A stretch of DNA of 64,000 bases from Pseudomonadota bacterium (GTDB lineage Bacteria > Pseudomonadota > Alphaproteobacteria > RF32 > CAG-239): positions 1-64,000 of the forward strand of contig CAKJXZ020000003.1 of assembly GCA_918234285.1 (NCBI GenBank), in the 5' to 3' direction. This document shows positions 18,774 through 29,066 of the stretch, in pieces. Position 1 is the first letter of the stretch. Every line of letters starts with the position of its first letter. The translations under genes and the position numbers were made by a program. The notes beneath the pieces are model-generated. The model ran no database searches and was not told the DNA's origin. It saw only the letters and a list, made by a program, of their open reading frames with translations.

Positions 18774-18802
18774 AAAAAAGCCACCAAAAGGGTGGCTTTT
18801 TT
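18774..18802 (+). terminator. Rho-independent (bidirectional) terminator
   Basis: AAAAAAGCCACC-AAAAG-GGTGGCTTTTTT. Confidence 0.8.
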
Positions 18803-18825
18803 AAGTTATCTCCAAAGGGAAAAAT

Positions 18826-19566
18826 ATGCGTTACAAAATTACGATAGAATATGACGGCACCAATCTCGTCGGCTGGCAAAAACAGCGCGAAGGACCGAGT
18901 GTGCAAGAATTTTTAGAGCAAGCCATTCTCGGTTTTTCGCACCAAACTACCGAAGTCTTCGCCGCCGGACGCACCGATGCCGGAGTTCATGCCTTAGGTC
19001 AGGTGGCACATTTCGACTTGGATTTGGATTTGAGCGAATACAAAATGCAAGAAAGCCTGAATGCCTTGTTACGCGAATTGCAGGCGCCGGTTGCCGTACT
19101 CAAAACCGAAAAAGTCGGCGCCGATTTTCACGCCCGCTTTTCCGCCAAAGGCCGCGGTTACATCTATCGCATTCTTAATCGCCGCGGTCCCAGCCCGCTA
19201 CTCATTAATCGCGTCTGGCAGGTTACCTATCCGCTTGATGTCGAAGCCATGCAAAAAGGGGCACAATATCTGCTCGGCCATCACGATTTCAGCTCATTCC
19301 GCGGTTCCGGCTGTCAGGCCAAATCGCCGCTCAAAACGCTGGATAAACTGGATATTGCCCAATCAGGTGACGAGATTATTTTTACGGTGGAAGCGCGTTC
19401 GTTTATTTATCATCAGGTACGCAATATGGTCGGTACGTTGATGCAGGTCGGCAACGGTCAACTGCAACCGGAAGACGTTAAAACCATTTTGGAATCTAAA
19501 GACCGTAAAAAAGCCGGCGTCAGTGCGCCGGCTTACGGGTTATACCTTAACAAAGTTATGTATTAA
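18826..19566 (+). CDS. truA: tRNA pseudouridine(38-40) synthase
   Basis: YDGT..GWQ.Q, AGRTDAGVHA, FHARFSA and HDFSSF motifs. Confidence 0.97.
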   Translation: MRYKITIEYDGTNLVGWQKQREGPSVQEFLEQAILGFSHQTTEVFAAGRTDAGVHALGQVAHFDLDLDLSEYKMQESLNALLRELQAPVAVLKTEKVGADFHARFSAKGRGYIYRILNRRGPSPLLINRVWQVTYPLDVEAMQKGAQYLLGHHDFSSFRGSGCQAKSPLKTLDKLDIAQSGDEIIFTVEARSFIYHQVRNMVGTLMQVGNGQLQPEDVKTILESKDRKKAGVSAPAYGLYLNKVMY

Positions 19567-21566
19567 GCCTCCATTTCCTTGCCGCGACTGCCCTGAGTAT
19601 TGGCCGGATATTTCTTTGCCGCCTGAGTCATCGCATCATGCAACGCACCGGCATTGGCCTCCAATCTGACTTCCTGAGCTTTGGCGTTTGCCTTATACAT
19701 AACAATATCATTGCCGTTTTCGTCTTTCTTGAAGGTGTAGATACCATTGGCCAACTTACCTGCATTTGTGGCATCTCTGCCCTCAAATCCGGACAAAGTG
19801 TAAACCGTCTGTGCCGAATTTGAAGCATCTACCTTCACGCGTTTCGGAGCAGCTCCGTTATAAACATCAGTTGCCCGATCGGATACCCAATGTCCGGCAT
19901 TTTGTGCGGCCTTCTTCATCTTGGCCCACATTTTATTATTATGTTCTTTAGCCTTTGTAGCCGCCTTTTCCACTGCCTTTTGAGCACGTTTGGCATCGTT
20001 CTCGGCCTTAGCTTCGGCTCTTTCCTTATCTCTTTGAGCTGTTTCCTTAGTTTCTTCCTTGGTTTCATTGGCTACGGCTTCCATAATTCCCAGATGATAC
20101 TCATCACCGGCAGCTTTATATGCAGCTTTAGCCTTTTCAAACTTTTTCGGGTCTTTTGCCAACAATTCGCGGGCTTTTTCCTTATCCGACGTTACCTTCG
20201 GATCTTCCTCAATTGCTCCGCTCTCACGGGTATTGCCCGCTACTGTGTTACCCAAGTTTTTCAGGTCATCTTCGGTCGGCGCGGTAACACCTGTCACACT
20301 AGCCGCACGCAGTTTTTCATCAAACTTGGCCTTACTGCCGACAACAACAACTTCCGGCACTTCCTCTTCAGCCGTAATACCCTCATCAGCCTGACCTGCG
20401 CGGGTATTGGTAGCCGCAGTGGCCGCCAAATTCTGTGTATCTTCTTGCGCCTTCGATCCCTGAGCTATATCCTCACCTATTGACAAGGCATCTTTGGCAA
20501 AATCGCACATGGAATTGTCATCATAACCATACTGCTTCATCATATTTATAACAAGTTGCATCATTTCGTCCGGTATGCTTGAATCATCATTACCGTTAGC
20601 AAGCGTCTGAAATGCCGACATAAAGTTGTTATATGTGGCGCTGTCAACCGCTTCCATCGTTGTTAAATCATCTCTCAGCTGATCTTTACCGGTCTTTTCT
20701 TCCGTCACCACATCAGCTTCAATTTGTTCCTCAGCCGGTGCCGCCGCTGCAGCTTCTTCCTGCGCAACTTCGGCTTGCGGTGCCGCCGCAACATAATTAT
20801 CCCGATTGTTAACCTCATTTACCTTGGCATTAAAGGCCGCACGGTCGTCAACCAACGCATTTAATTTATCGATTTGTTCGGCCGTAAATTCTTGTTTTTC
20901 CATCCAAGCTTTCAGCTTGCTGGTCGGGATATAATCACCGTTTTCGCCGTGACGAATCATACTTGCATCAAACTTGTAACCCATGGCTTCCAGTTCTTCT
21001 TTTAAGACCGTCGGCCCTGCATTCAGCGCATATTTCATATTGGCCGACATGGTTAAATTGCCGGAGCCTCCAGTTCTTTCTTCCGCTTTCGGCGCTTTAC
21101 CCGGAGCATAAGGCACTACGGTTTCTTCCTGCGTTACTTCCGGATGTTTCGCAAAATTATCCAAATCGGTCTGTCTTTCTTTGAGCCATTCAGCCATTGT
21201 TTTGCCGCCGACATTATTCTGAGCATCTTGAGCCGCTTGTGCACGCTGTTCCGGAGTCATTTTCTGATATTTATAATACCACTTTTTCTCCTCATCCGTC
21301 ATGCTCTTCCAACGCTGTTCAATAGGCTCTTTTGCCGGAGCCGTCTGTGCTCTGGTTGCCTCGCGGGAAGCCTGTGCTCTTTCTTTTTCAATACTGGCTT
21401 GTCTGTACACCTTTGACTCCGGAGGTGTTGCTACACCCGTATTGCCGAATTTTTCTTTGTTTTGGGCATCAACCTGTGCATCGTGCAATATTCCCCATGT
21501 ATTATTTCTCACTTCTTCGTCCGAAGCGCCTTGCATCCACATCGGTTTATCATTATCGTTAGCCAT
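19563..21566 (-). CDS. Large orphan protein, family member A (667 aa)
   Basis: AGGAG RBS; paralogous to 21728-23983; no signal peptide. Confidence 0.85.
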   Translation of the reverse strand: MANDNDKPMWMQGASDEEVRNNTWGILHDAQVDAQNKEKFGNTGVATPPESKVYRQASIEKERAQASREATRAQTAPAKEPIEQRWKSMTDEEKKWYYKYQKMTPEQRAQAAQDAQNNVGGKTMAEWLKERQTDLDNFAKHPEVTQEETVVPYAPGKAPKAEERTGGSGNLTMSANMKYALNAGPTVLKEELEAMGYKFDASMIRHGENGDYIPTSKLKAWMEKQEFTAEQIDKLNALVDDRAAFNAKVNEVNNRDNYVAAAPQAEVAQEEAAAAAPAEEQIEADVVTEEKTGKDQLRDDLTTMEAVDSATYNNFMSAFQTLANGNDDSSIPDEMMQLVINMMKQYGYDDNSMCDFAKDALSIGEDIAQGSKAQEDTQNLAATAATNTRAGQADEGITAEEEVPEVVVVGSKAKFDEKLRAASVTGVTAPTEDDLKNLGNTVAGNTRESGAIEEDPKVTSDKEKARELLAKDPKKFEKAKAAYKAAGDEYHLGIMEAVANETKEETKETAQRDKERAEAKAENDAKRAQKAVEKAATKAKEHNNKMWAKMKKAAQNAGHWVSDRATDVYNGAAPKRVKVDASNSAQTVYTLSGFEGRDATNAGKLANGIYTFKKDENGNDIVMYKANAKAQEVRLEANAGALHDAMTQAAKKYPANTQGSRGKEMEA

Positions 21567-21628
21567 GGTCGTTCTCCTTATGTCATAAATTGTACAAGTC
21601 TATAGTATATTTATAACATACTTTTTTT

Positions 21629-21654
21629 ATTTTGTGTATTACATTTTTGTTACA
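21629..21654 (-). promoter_or_regulatory. Conserved upstream motif TGTAACAAAAATGTAATACACAAAAT
   Basis: 26 bp identical to 24038-24063. Confidence 0.65.
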
Positions 21655-21727
21655 ATTCATTTTTTTTGTCATTTTATAAGCAAAAAGCCGGCACTTTCGT
21701 ACCGGCTTAACTTGGCTCATAAACCGC

Positions 21728-23983
21728 TTAACTGTTGGTTTTTTGTTGCGCGGCAGCACGAGCGGCAACTTGCGCCTGCTCTGAAGAACGCGCCGCCATT
21801 TCATCTTTCAAAGTCTGAATCAACGAAAGTTGCTGTCCGCCTGGTGAATAGTCCGTAAACTGACTACCGTCGTTCGCCGCAAATTTGACCGCACTGGCAT
21901 TTCCGAATTGGTACACCGTATATTTACCGTCATACAAACCGTTATGGTCTCCGCCGTCAAATCGACCGTAACCGGATAACGTATACACCGCATTACCGTC
22001 CTTATCGTGCTCGAGCGTAATCTTCCGGCTGGCAACCGCTTTCTGCATTTCTTCGGCCTTCTGCTGTTCGACCGCCGCCGTCGATTCTTTCTCCTTATCT
22101 TTCTTGGTTTTGATACCGAATGTTTTCTTAAAGAAACTGCCGACATCGTTAGCGCGATTCTTTAAGGCTTTTTTCAGGCTCTTCTTCTGCTGTTCTTCTT
22201 TAACTTCCTGTGTTGCCTGATCGGCTTTTGCTTTATCCTTCTTGGCTTTGCTCTTGACATCTGCCTTTGCTTCCGCCGCCACTTCGTCCATAATGCCTAA
22301 ATAGTACTCTTCACCGGCGGCTTTATAAGCAGCTCTTGCCTTCTCAAACTTTTTCGGGTCTTTTTTCAGCAATTCGCGAGCTTTTTCCTTATCCTCCTTA
22401 ACCTTCGGATCTTCCTCAACCGCTCCGCTTTCACGAGTGTTGCCCTCTGCCGTGGCTGCCATACTCTGATTTTCTGCTCTGTTTCTCCTCGGCCCGTGAG
22501 CAATATCATTACCTATTGCCACAGCATCCCGTGCAAAATCGCACATGGCATTATCGTCATAGCCATATTGTTTCATCATTTTTGTAATAAGCAGCATCAT
22601 TTCATCAGATACACCGGAGTCATCATTACCATTGGCAATTGTTTTAAATGCAGACATGTATTTATTGTAGGTGGCAGTATCAACCGCTTCCAACTTTGCA
22701 AAATCATCTCTCATTTTATCAATACCGGTCTTCTCAGGTGCGGATTGCTCTTGTTCGGCTGCAGGTTTTTCTTTAGCTGCCGGTGCTGCCGCATGCTCTT
22801 GTGCAGCTTCAGCCTTCGGTGCCGCTGCAGTATGCTCATGTGTAGCTTTGGCCTTCGGTGCCGGCGCGACATAATTATCACGGTTGTTAATCTCTTTTAC
22901 TTTGGCATTAAAGGCCGCACGATCGTCAACCAACGCATTTAATCTGTTGATTTGCTCGTCCGTAAATTCCTGTTTTTCCATCCAAGCTTTCAACTTGCTG
23001 GTTGGGATATAATCTCCGTTTGCGCCGTGACGAATCATACTTACATCAAACTTGTAACCCATTGCTTCCAGTTCTTCTTTCAAAACTGTCGGTCCCATGT
23101 TCAGTGCATATTTCATATTGGCGGAAAGCGTCATATTACCGCCGGCACTGCCGCTGTTATCGGAAGTGCGGGAATGGTTTGTAGCGGCCGTGTTACCGAA
23201 ACTGATATTGTTATCGGTTGTATGTTCCTGCTTTTTTGCCGATTCTTTAACGAGATTTTTTACTTCATCTGAATAATTTTTTGCCGTTTCCGGATTATTA
23301 ACCAAGTCAAGCACGGCAAGATAAATCTTGTGGCTCGGGTCGTCTTCTCTGGACGCTCCTTTCAAAAATCCCGTAAATACTCTCTTTTGTTCATCCGAAA
23401 GCGGGCTCGGAAGTCCTCTGAGCATAACATCAGCCTGTTCCCGCGTCAGATTATCTATCGGTTGTTGCACCTTTTTCTCAGTATTAGTTCTCTCATTTGT
23501 TTTTTTCTGAACGTCCCTTACCATATTTTCGACATCTTCCGAATATTCTTTGCTGGCTACCAAAACAACCGCCGTTTTATAGTAGTCGTTGGCATACCCA
23601 TTTTGTCTGGCATAGGCTTCCAATCTGTTTGCAAAGGCCTTCTTATCTTCCGGTGTTTTAAGCGCTCTGAGGTCTTTATCTACAACTTCATATAACTTTC
23701 CGCGATTCGTTCTGCTTTTGCCTTCAGTTTCTCTCTGTTTGATAAATTCATTGAAGATACCCTTTAAATCGTCTGATACCTCTATTTTACCATGGGCTAT
23801 ACTATCAAGCATAGCGGTATAAACATCATAATTGGTCTTAGCCAACTGTTTTAGCTGTTCCTTAATATGACCTTCCCGACCTTCAGAAGACATATATCCC
23901 ATACTGCCGTACTTTTTCAACCAATCTTCATATCCTGCAATTATATTTTCAATTGTCTTAACTTGCTCACTCTTATCAGCCAT
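21728..23983 (-). CDS. Large orphan protein, family member B (751 aa)
   Basis: GGGAG RBS; shares central domains with 19563-21566; terminator hairpin at ~21682-21708. Confidence 0.85.
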   Translation of the reverse strand: MADKSEQVKTIENIIAGYEDWLKKYGSMGYMSSEGREGHIKEQLKQLAKTNYDVYTAMLDSIAHGKIEVSDDLKGIFNEFIKQRETEGKSRTNRGKLYEVVDKDLRALKTPEDKKAFANRLEAYARQNGYANDYYKTAVVLVASKEYSEDVENMVRDVQKKTNERTNTEKKVQQPIDNLTREQADVMLRGLPSPLSDEQKRVFTGFLKGASREDDPSHKIYLAVLDLVNNPETAKNYSDEVKNLVKESAKKQEHTTDNNISFGNTAATNHSRTSDNSGSAGGNMTLSANMKYALNMGPTVLKEELEAMGYKFDVSMIRHGANGDYIPTSKLKAWMEKQEFTDEQINRLNALVDDRAAFNAKVKEINNRDNYVAPAPKAKATHEHTAAAPKAEAAQEHAAAPAAKEKPAAEQEQSAPEKTGIDKMRDDFAKLEAVDTATYNKYMSAFKTIANGNDDSGVSDEMMLLITKMMKQYGYDDNAMCDFARDAVAIGNDIAHGPRRNRAENQSMAATAEGNTRESGAVEEDPKVKEDKEKARELLKKDPKKFEKARAAYKAAGEEYYLGIMDEVAAEAKADVKSKAKKDKAKADQATQEVKEEQQKKSLKKALKNRANDVGSFFKKTFGIKTKKDKEKESTAAVEQQKAEEMQKAVASRKITLEHDKDGNAVYTLSGYGRFDGGDHNGLYDGKYTVYQFGNASAVKFAANDGSQFTDYSPGGQQLSLIQTLKDEMAARSSEQAQVAARAAAQQKTNS

Positions 23984-24037
23984 TTCTTTTCTCCCTGTTT
24001 AACGTTATTTATACTCTCTTTATATCACACTTTTTTC

Positions 24038-24063
24038 ATTTTGTGTATTACATTTTTGTTACA
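24038..24063 (-). promoter_or_regulatory. Conserved upstream motif (second copy)
   Basis: 26 bp identical to 21629-21654. Confidence 0.65.
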
Positions 24064-24160
24064 TTTTGCCGTTAAGTGATTTTTGCTTTGCAGAACCGCA
24101 ACAAAAAGCTTGCACCGCGGCAGTATATCGTATAATTTGGTGTCAGCAAAGGATAAGAAA

Positions 24161-24814
24161 ATGATTGCAAAATTACGCGGAATTATAGATACAATCGGCG
24201 AAGACACCTGTATCATCGACGTAAACGGAGTGGGCTATGCGGTAGCCGCTTCGGCCAAAACTTTGGGTAAATTGCGGCTCGGTGAAGAAACGACCTTGCT
24301 GACGATTATGACCGTGCGCGAAGATGATATTTCGCTGTTCGGATTTGCCGATGCCTGGGAAAAAGAATGGTTTAACACCTTAACCAAAGTTCAGGGAGTG
24401 GGCGCCAAAGTGTGCCTGAGTATTCTCTCGGTGTTAACCCCTACCCAGCTCGCGCAGGCCGTCGGCGCACAGGACAAAGCCTCTTTCTGTCGCGCTTCCG
24501 GTGTCGGTCCCAAACTGGCGGCACGCATTGTGACCGAACTTAAAGATAAAATCGTTACCATTCCGGTGACCGCCGGTAACCATCCGCTGACTTCCGCCGC
24601 AAGCGAACCGACAACCTCTCCTATTGCCCCTCAGACCGAAGTCGATTACGGCAAAAGTGAAGATGTCACCTCGGCATTGGTTAATCTCGGTTATCAGCGT
24701 TTGGAGGCTTATCACGCCGCCAGCAAAGTAGTTTCTGCCAATCCGGACGCCAACGTCGCCACCTTAATTCGCCTGGCGCTTAAAGAATTTGCCAATAAGG
24801 AATTTGAAGTATGA
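24161..24814 (+). CDS. ruvA: Holliday junction branch migration protein RuvA
   Basis: Start corrected to [39 protein letters not shown] and ALVNLGY motifs. Confidence 0.96.
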   Translation: MIAKLRGIIDTIGEDTCIIDVNGVGYAVAASAKTLGKLRLGEETTLLTIMTVREDDISLFGFADAWEKEWFNTLTKVQGVGAKVCLSILSVLTPTQLAQAVGAQDKASFCRASGVGPKLAARIVTELKDKIVTIPVTAGNHPLTSAASEPTTSPIAPQTEVDYGKSEDVTSALVNLGYQRLEAYHAASKVVSANPDANVATLIRLALKEFANKEFEV

Positions 24815-25872
24815 CAGATGACACCCGCATAGTGAGCCCGAAAGAGCAACCAGAAGACAGCCAAATCGGCAACAATCCGATTAACTTGCGCCCGAACTCT
24901 CTTGATGATTTTGTCGGCCAGCGTGAAGTCTGCGACAACCTCAAAGTGTTTATTACCGCCGCCCGTCAACGCGGTGAAGCCCTGGACCACGTTTTGCTGT
25001 TTGGACCTCCGGGATTGGGCAAAACCACCTTATCTTCCATTGTGGCCAAAGAGCTCGGTGTGGGTTTTCATGCCACTTCGGCGCCGATGATTTCCAAATC
25101 CGGCGACTTAGCGGCGATTTTAACCAATCTCGAACGCAACGACGTGCTGTTTATCGATGAAATTCACCGCCTTAATCCGGCAATTGAAGAAGTTTTGTAT
25201 TCGGCGATGGAAGATTTCCAGCTTGATTTGATTATCGGCGAAGGGCCGTCGGCGCGCTCGGTGCGCATTGATCTGCAACCGTTTACTTTGGTTGGCGCCA
25301 CCACCCGCTCCGGCCTGCTGTCAACCCCGTTACGCGAACGTTTCGGCATTCCGCTCCGGCTTGATTTCTATTCGCACGAAGATTTGAAAAAAATCGTCCA
25401 ACGCGGCGCTCGTTTGCTCAATATCGAAATTTCCGACAGCGGCGCTATGGAAATTGCCAAACGCTCCCGCGGCACTCCACGTATTGCCGGCAGATTGTTG
25501 CGTCGCGTCCGTGATTTCGGCGCGATTTCCGATAAAAAAATCATTGACGAACATATTTCCGATATGGCATTGAAGCGCCTCGATGTCGATGATTTCGGGC
25601 TGGATAATTTTGACCGCCGCTATCTTAACTGTATTGTCAAAAATTATGGCGGCGGACCGGTCGGAGCAGATACTTTGGCAGCGGCTTTGTCCGAAGAACG
25701 CGACACCATTGAAGAAGTGGTCGAGCCGTTTTTGCTTAAACTCGGCTTTTTGCAACGCACCCCGCGCGGCCGCATAATTTCGCAACTCGGCTATAAATAT
25801 TTGGGGATACGCATGCCGGCTAAACCGAGCAAACAATATGATTTATTGGAGGAAACCGATGCCGACTTTTGA
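24811..25872 (+). CDS. ruvB: Holliday junction helicase RuvB
   Basis: [22 protein letters not shown] and RGTPRIA motifs. Confidence 0.98.
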   Translation: MTDDTRIVSPKEQPEDSQIGNNPINLRPNSLDDFVGQREVCDNLKVFITAARQRGEALDHVLLFGPPGLGKTTLSSIVAKELGVGFHATSAPMISKSGDLAAILTNLERNDVLFIDEIHRLNPAIEEVLYSAMEDFQLDLIIGEGPSARSVRIDLQPFTLVGATTRSGLLSTPLRERFGIPLRLDFYSHEDLKKIVQRGARLLNIEISDSGAMEIAKRSRGTPRIAGRLLRRVRDFGAISDKKIIDEHISDMALKRLDVDDFGLDNFDRRYLNCIVKNYGGGPVGADTLAAALSEERDTIEEVVEPFLLKLGFLQRTPRGRIISQLGYKYLGIRMPAKPSKQYDLLEETDADF

Positions 25873-26311
25873 CCTTTTGCCGGCTGCCGGCACTGCCGTT
25901 GACAACATTTTTGCCTATCCGATTCGCGTGTATTACGAAGATACCGACGCCGGCGGCATAGTTTATTATGCCAATTATCTCAAATTTGCCGAGCGTGCTC
26001 GTACCGAATTTTTGCGGATGCTGACCATTCATCAGCAGCAGGATTTGGAACAAAAACAAACCGGTTTCATCGTGCGCTCATGCCATATTGAATACCTCAA
26101 ATCCGCAGTGTTGGACGATGCTCTGGTCGTAACCTGCCAAGTTATTGAAGTGGGTGCCGCCAGCGCGGTAGTGGCGCAGGAAATCCGCCGCGGCGACGAT
26201 TTGCTTGCCACTCTTGAAATCAAAGTGATTTATATGGATGTTGCTTCTCACCGCCCAATCAGAATACCGGCAGAGATGGTCGAAAAATTTCATAAATACG
26301 AAAAAAAATAA
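25859..26311 (+). CDS. ybgC: YbgC/FadM family acyl-CoA thioesterase
   Basis: [28 protein letters not shown] motif; follows ruvB. Confidence 0.92.
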   Translation: MPTFDLLPAAGTAVDNIFAYPIRVYYEDTDAGGIVYYANYLKFAERARTEFLRMLTIHQQQDLEQKQTGFIVRSCHIEYLKSAVLDDALVVTCQVIEVGAASAVVAQEIRRGDDLLATLEIKVIYMDVASHRPIRIPAEMVEKFHKYEKK

Positions 26312-26392
26312 GGCATTTTCCGGTAGTTTAATCTTTTATAAAAATTTTCCGGCTAGAATGGACGCAATCACAACATTCTTAAGGAAAAACTC

Positions 26393-28438
26393 ATGCACGG
26401 ATTGCATCCACTGATCGTCGATTTGACACTGATTACGATTTATGCCGCCATTACCACGTTGCTGTTCAAAAAGCTGAAACAGCCGATGGTTTTGGGCTAT
26501 TTGCTCGCCGGTATTTTTGCCGGTCCGTACTTCAATCTGGTGCCGACGGTAACCGACCATGCCAATCTCAGTTTATGGGCGGATATCGGGGTAATTTTCC
26601 TTTTATTCAGCTTGGGCTTGGAGTTCAGCGTCAAAAAAATGTTTGCCGTCGGTAAATCGGCGGTTATCACGGCCATGCTCAACATTTTCCTGATGTTGTT
26701 TGTCGGCTATTACGTTGGCATGCTGATAGGTTGGAGCACCTCCGACAGCTTCTTCCTCGGCTCGATGATTTCCATGTCGTCCACCACCATCATCATCAAA
26801 GCTTTCGACGACTTGAATATCAAAAAACAAAAATTCACCGACTTGGTGTTCGGCATCTTGATAATCGAGGATATTGTCGGCGTTTTGATGTTGGTATTAT
26901 TACCGACACTGGCCGTAGGCAACAACATTGACGGCAGTGAAATCGGCTTGAGCATCTTAAAATTGGCCGCATTTTTGATTTTGTGCTTCGTAACCGGTAT
27001 TTATTTGATTCCGACCGCCTTACGCAAACTTCAAGACTTTGTAAACGACGAAATGCTGTTGCTGGTTGCCGTTGCCCTTTGCCTGAGCATGGTTTATCTG
27101 GCAGTATATTTTGGCTTTTCTTCGGCTTTGGGCGCATTCATTATGGGCTCGATACTCTCCGAAACCGGCGTAATTCAACGCGTCGAACACATCATCAAAC
27201 CGCTGAAAGACTTCTTCGGCGCGGTATTTTTCGTTACCGTCGGTATGATGGTTAATCCGCAAATGTTCGTCACTTATGCTTACCCGATTGCGGTGATTAC
27301 GTGCGTGGTTTTAACCGGTATGGTAATGTTTTCCATTTTCGGCCTGGTTATCTCCGGTCAAAACCTCAAAACGGCGGTTTCCTGCGGTTTTTCGTTGGCG
27401 CAGGTCGGCGAATTTGCCTTCATTATCGCCACCCTCGGCACCAGCCTGAACATCATTGACGACTTTGTATATCCGATTATCGTGGCTGTTTCGGTAATCA
27501 CCACCTTCTTAACCCCGATTATGATAAAATCGGCGGCAAAATTCCAAAAATACTTGGAACAGACTCTGCCGGAAAACTGGCTGACATTTATCAACCAGAA
27601 CGCCAAATCGCATGCCGTTGCCTCTGAAGAAAACCAGATGTGGGCCGATTTATTTAAAATCTCCTTCATTCGAATGTTTATCTTCTCTTTCATTCTGGCG
27701 GCCATTATCGCTCTGGTAAAATTCTGGATTCGTCCTTATGCCATGCAATGGATGCCGAATTTAACCGCCCGTATTTTAACCACCGCGATTGCCCTCTTGC
27801 TGATGGCGCCGTTCCTGACCGGTCTGGCCGGCCGCAATATTCTGCCTTCGGTTACCGCGGACAGCATCAAAAACACCCTCAAAACCACCTCGGCCAAAAC
27901 CGGCGGAAAATTGCGCTCCGTATTGCCTTACGACCGTATATTGAGTTATATCAAAAGCCTCTTTCCGCACCTCAATATTCGCAAAAGACTTAATGTATCG
28001 TATTATCTTTTGCGGCGGCGAGTATTCCCGAAAAAACAGGAAAACGAGGCAAACACCGAAAAACACAAATTTATGATGCCGCAACATTTCAAAACCGTTA
28101 TTCATGACAATACCGAAACCGTCAAGGGTTCCGTTAAAAATATTATTTCCAAGGACAGTGTCTCCAGAATCTACACGGATTTGTGGTTTGCCAACAAAAT
28201 CTATCGCCCGTCACTGCTGATATTAACCAGTATACGTATGTTGGTCGTTTCTTTCTTTATTGTGACGGCGGTGCACCAATTCTTAACCGAAAATCCTAAA
28301 GTAATATTCTTGCTGCTGCTGGCTTCGATTTGGCTGATTATGCGTTCGCAATGGCTCTTTAATCAATATATTCGAATAGAAAGCCACTTCTTGGATAACT
28401 TAAACGGCGATAACGAAGCCGCGCCGACGGAAGAATAA
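26393..28438 (+). CDS. CPA2-family cation:proton antiporter
   Basis: LGLEFS, SSTTII, ILIIED, LKDFF and QVGEFAF motifs; many TM helices. Confidence 0.9.
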   Translation: MHGLHPLIVDLTLITIYAAITTLLFKKLKQPMVLGYLLAGIFAGPYFNLVPTVTDHANLSLWADIGVIFLLFSLGLEFSVKKMFAVGKSAVITAMLNIFLMLFVGYYVGMLIGWSTSDSFFLGSMISMSSTTIIIKAFDDLNIKKQKFTDLVFGILIIEDIVGVLMLVLLPTLAVGNNIDGSEIGLSILKLAAFLILCFVTGIYLIPTALRKLQDFVNDEMLLLVAVALCLSMVYLAVYFGFSSALGAFIMGSILSETGVIQRVEHIIKPLKDFFGAVFFVTVGMMVNPQMFVTYAYPIAVITCVVLTGMVMFSIFGLVISGQNLKTAVSCGFSLAQVGEFAFIIATLGTSLNIIDDFVYPIIVAVSVITTFLTPIMIKSAAKFQKYLEQTLPENWLTFINQNAKSHAVASEENQMWADLFKISFIRMFIFSFILAAIIALVKFWIRPYAMQWMPNLTARILTTAIALLLMAPFLTGLAGRNILPSVTADSIKNTLKTTSAKTGGKLRSVLPYDRILSYIKSLFPHLNIRKRLNVSYYLLRRRVFPKKQENEANTEKHKFMMPQHFKTVIHDNTETVKGSVKNIISKDSVSRIYTDLWFANKIYRPSLLILTSIRMLVVSFFIVTAVHQFLTENPKVIFLLLLASIWLIMRSQWLFNQYIRIESHFLDNLNGDNEAAPTEE

Positions 28439-28444
28439 AACACG

Positions 28445-28774
28445 CTATTCAACGCGCAGCAACTTATTATCCTTTTGCTCCCATGTGCCCGGCAAACCGG
28501 TACACTTAGCAAAGCCGTTCGCATCACCCGCATGCAGATAATCCATACAATTTACTTCTGAGCCCGATTTATTCTTTTGAGCCTTTTCTTTGCATTTCCA
28601 ATAATAGATTCCGTCTTCACGGCAACTTCTGCACTCGCTTTTGCTATACCCAATCGGCAAATCTCTGATATTTTCGGTTCCCGCAATATTAAACCCGCGC
28701 TGTTCACATCTGTCAGCCGCGGCCGCAAATGACCATAACATTACGCCTAAAAAGATAACCAAACCTTTTTTCAT
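28445..28774 (-). CDS. Small secreted Cys-rich hypothetical protein
   Basis: Signal peptide MKKGLVIFLGVMLWSFAAAA; 6 Cys; AGGA RBS. Confidence 0.7.
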   Translation of the reverse strand: MKKGLVIFLGVMLWSFAAAADRCEQRGFNIAGTENIRDLPIGYSKSECRSCREDGIYYWKCKEKAQKNKSGSEVNCMDYLHAGDANGFAKCTGLPGTWEQKDNKLLRVE

Positions 28775-28791
28775 AGCTTTCCTTTCAAGAT

Positions 28792-29055
28792 TTATTTCGC
28801 GCGCTGCATTATAATTATATAGAGGATAATCGCGGCAAAAAACAGCGACACGGCATTAAAAAACATCATCTGTACCGAATGCAAATACACCCCGTAGGCT
28901 ATCCACAGCAACATACCGAGGCAATAAATCACATAACTGCCGAGCGACAAGCCTCTGACATCTTTGGTTTTGATGGTGCGTATCGATTGCGGCAAAAATA
29001 CTATTGCCGTGCAAATACCTGCCAAATATCCGATTATTTCACCCACAATATCCAT
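28792..29055 (-). CDS. SemiSWEET (PQ-loop) transporter
   Basis: IGYLAG.CT...FLPQ..KTKDV.GLS..W..YG motif, 3 TM. Confidence 0.92.
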   Translation of the reverse strand: MDIVGEIIGYLAGICTAIVFLPQSIRTIKTKDVRGLSLGSYVIYCLGMLLWIAYGVYLHSVQMMFFNAVSLFFAAIILYIIIMQRAK

Positions 29056-29066
29056 TTTACATTCTT

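Noticed and set aside
18616-18906. 96-aa minus-strand ORF
   Set aside because: Its GADRETRTPDPLITN segment is the translated antisense of the tRNA fragment, and it overlaps truA.
19563-23983. Diversity-generating retroelement TR/VR pair
   Set aside because: Differences between paralogues are not adenine-specific, both copies are coding, and no reverse transcriptase is present.
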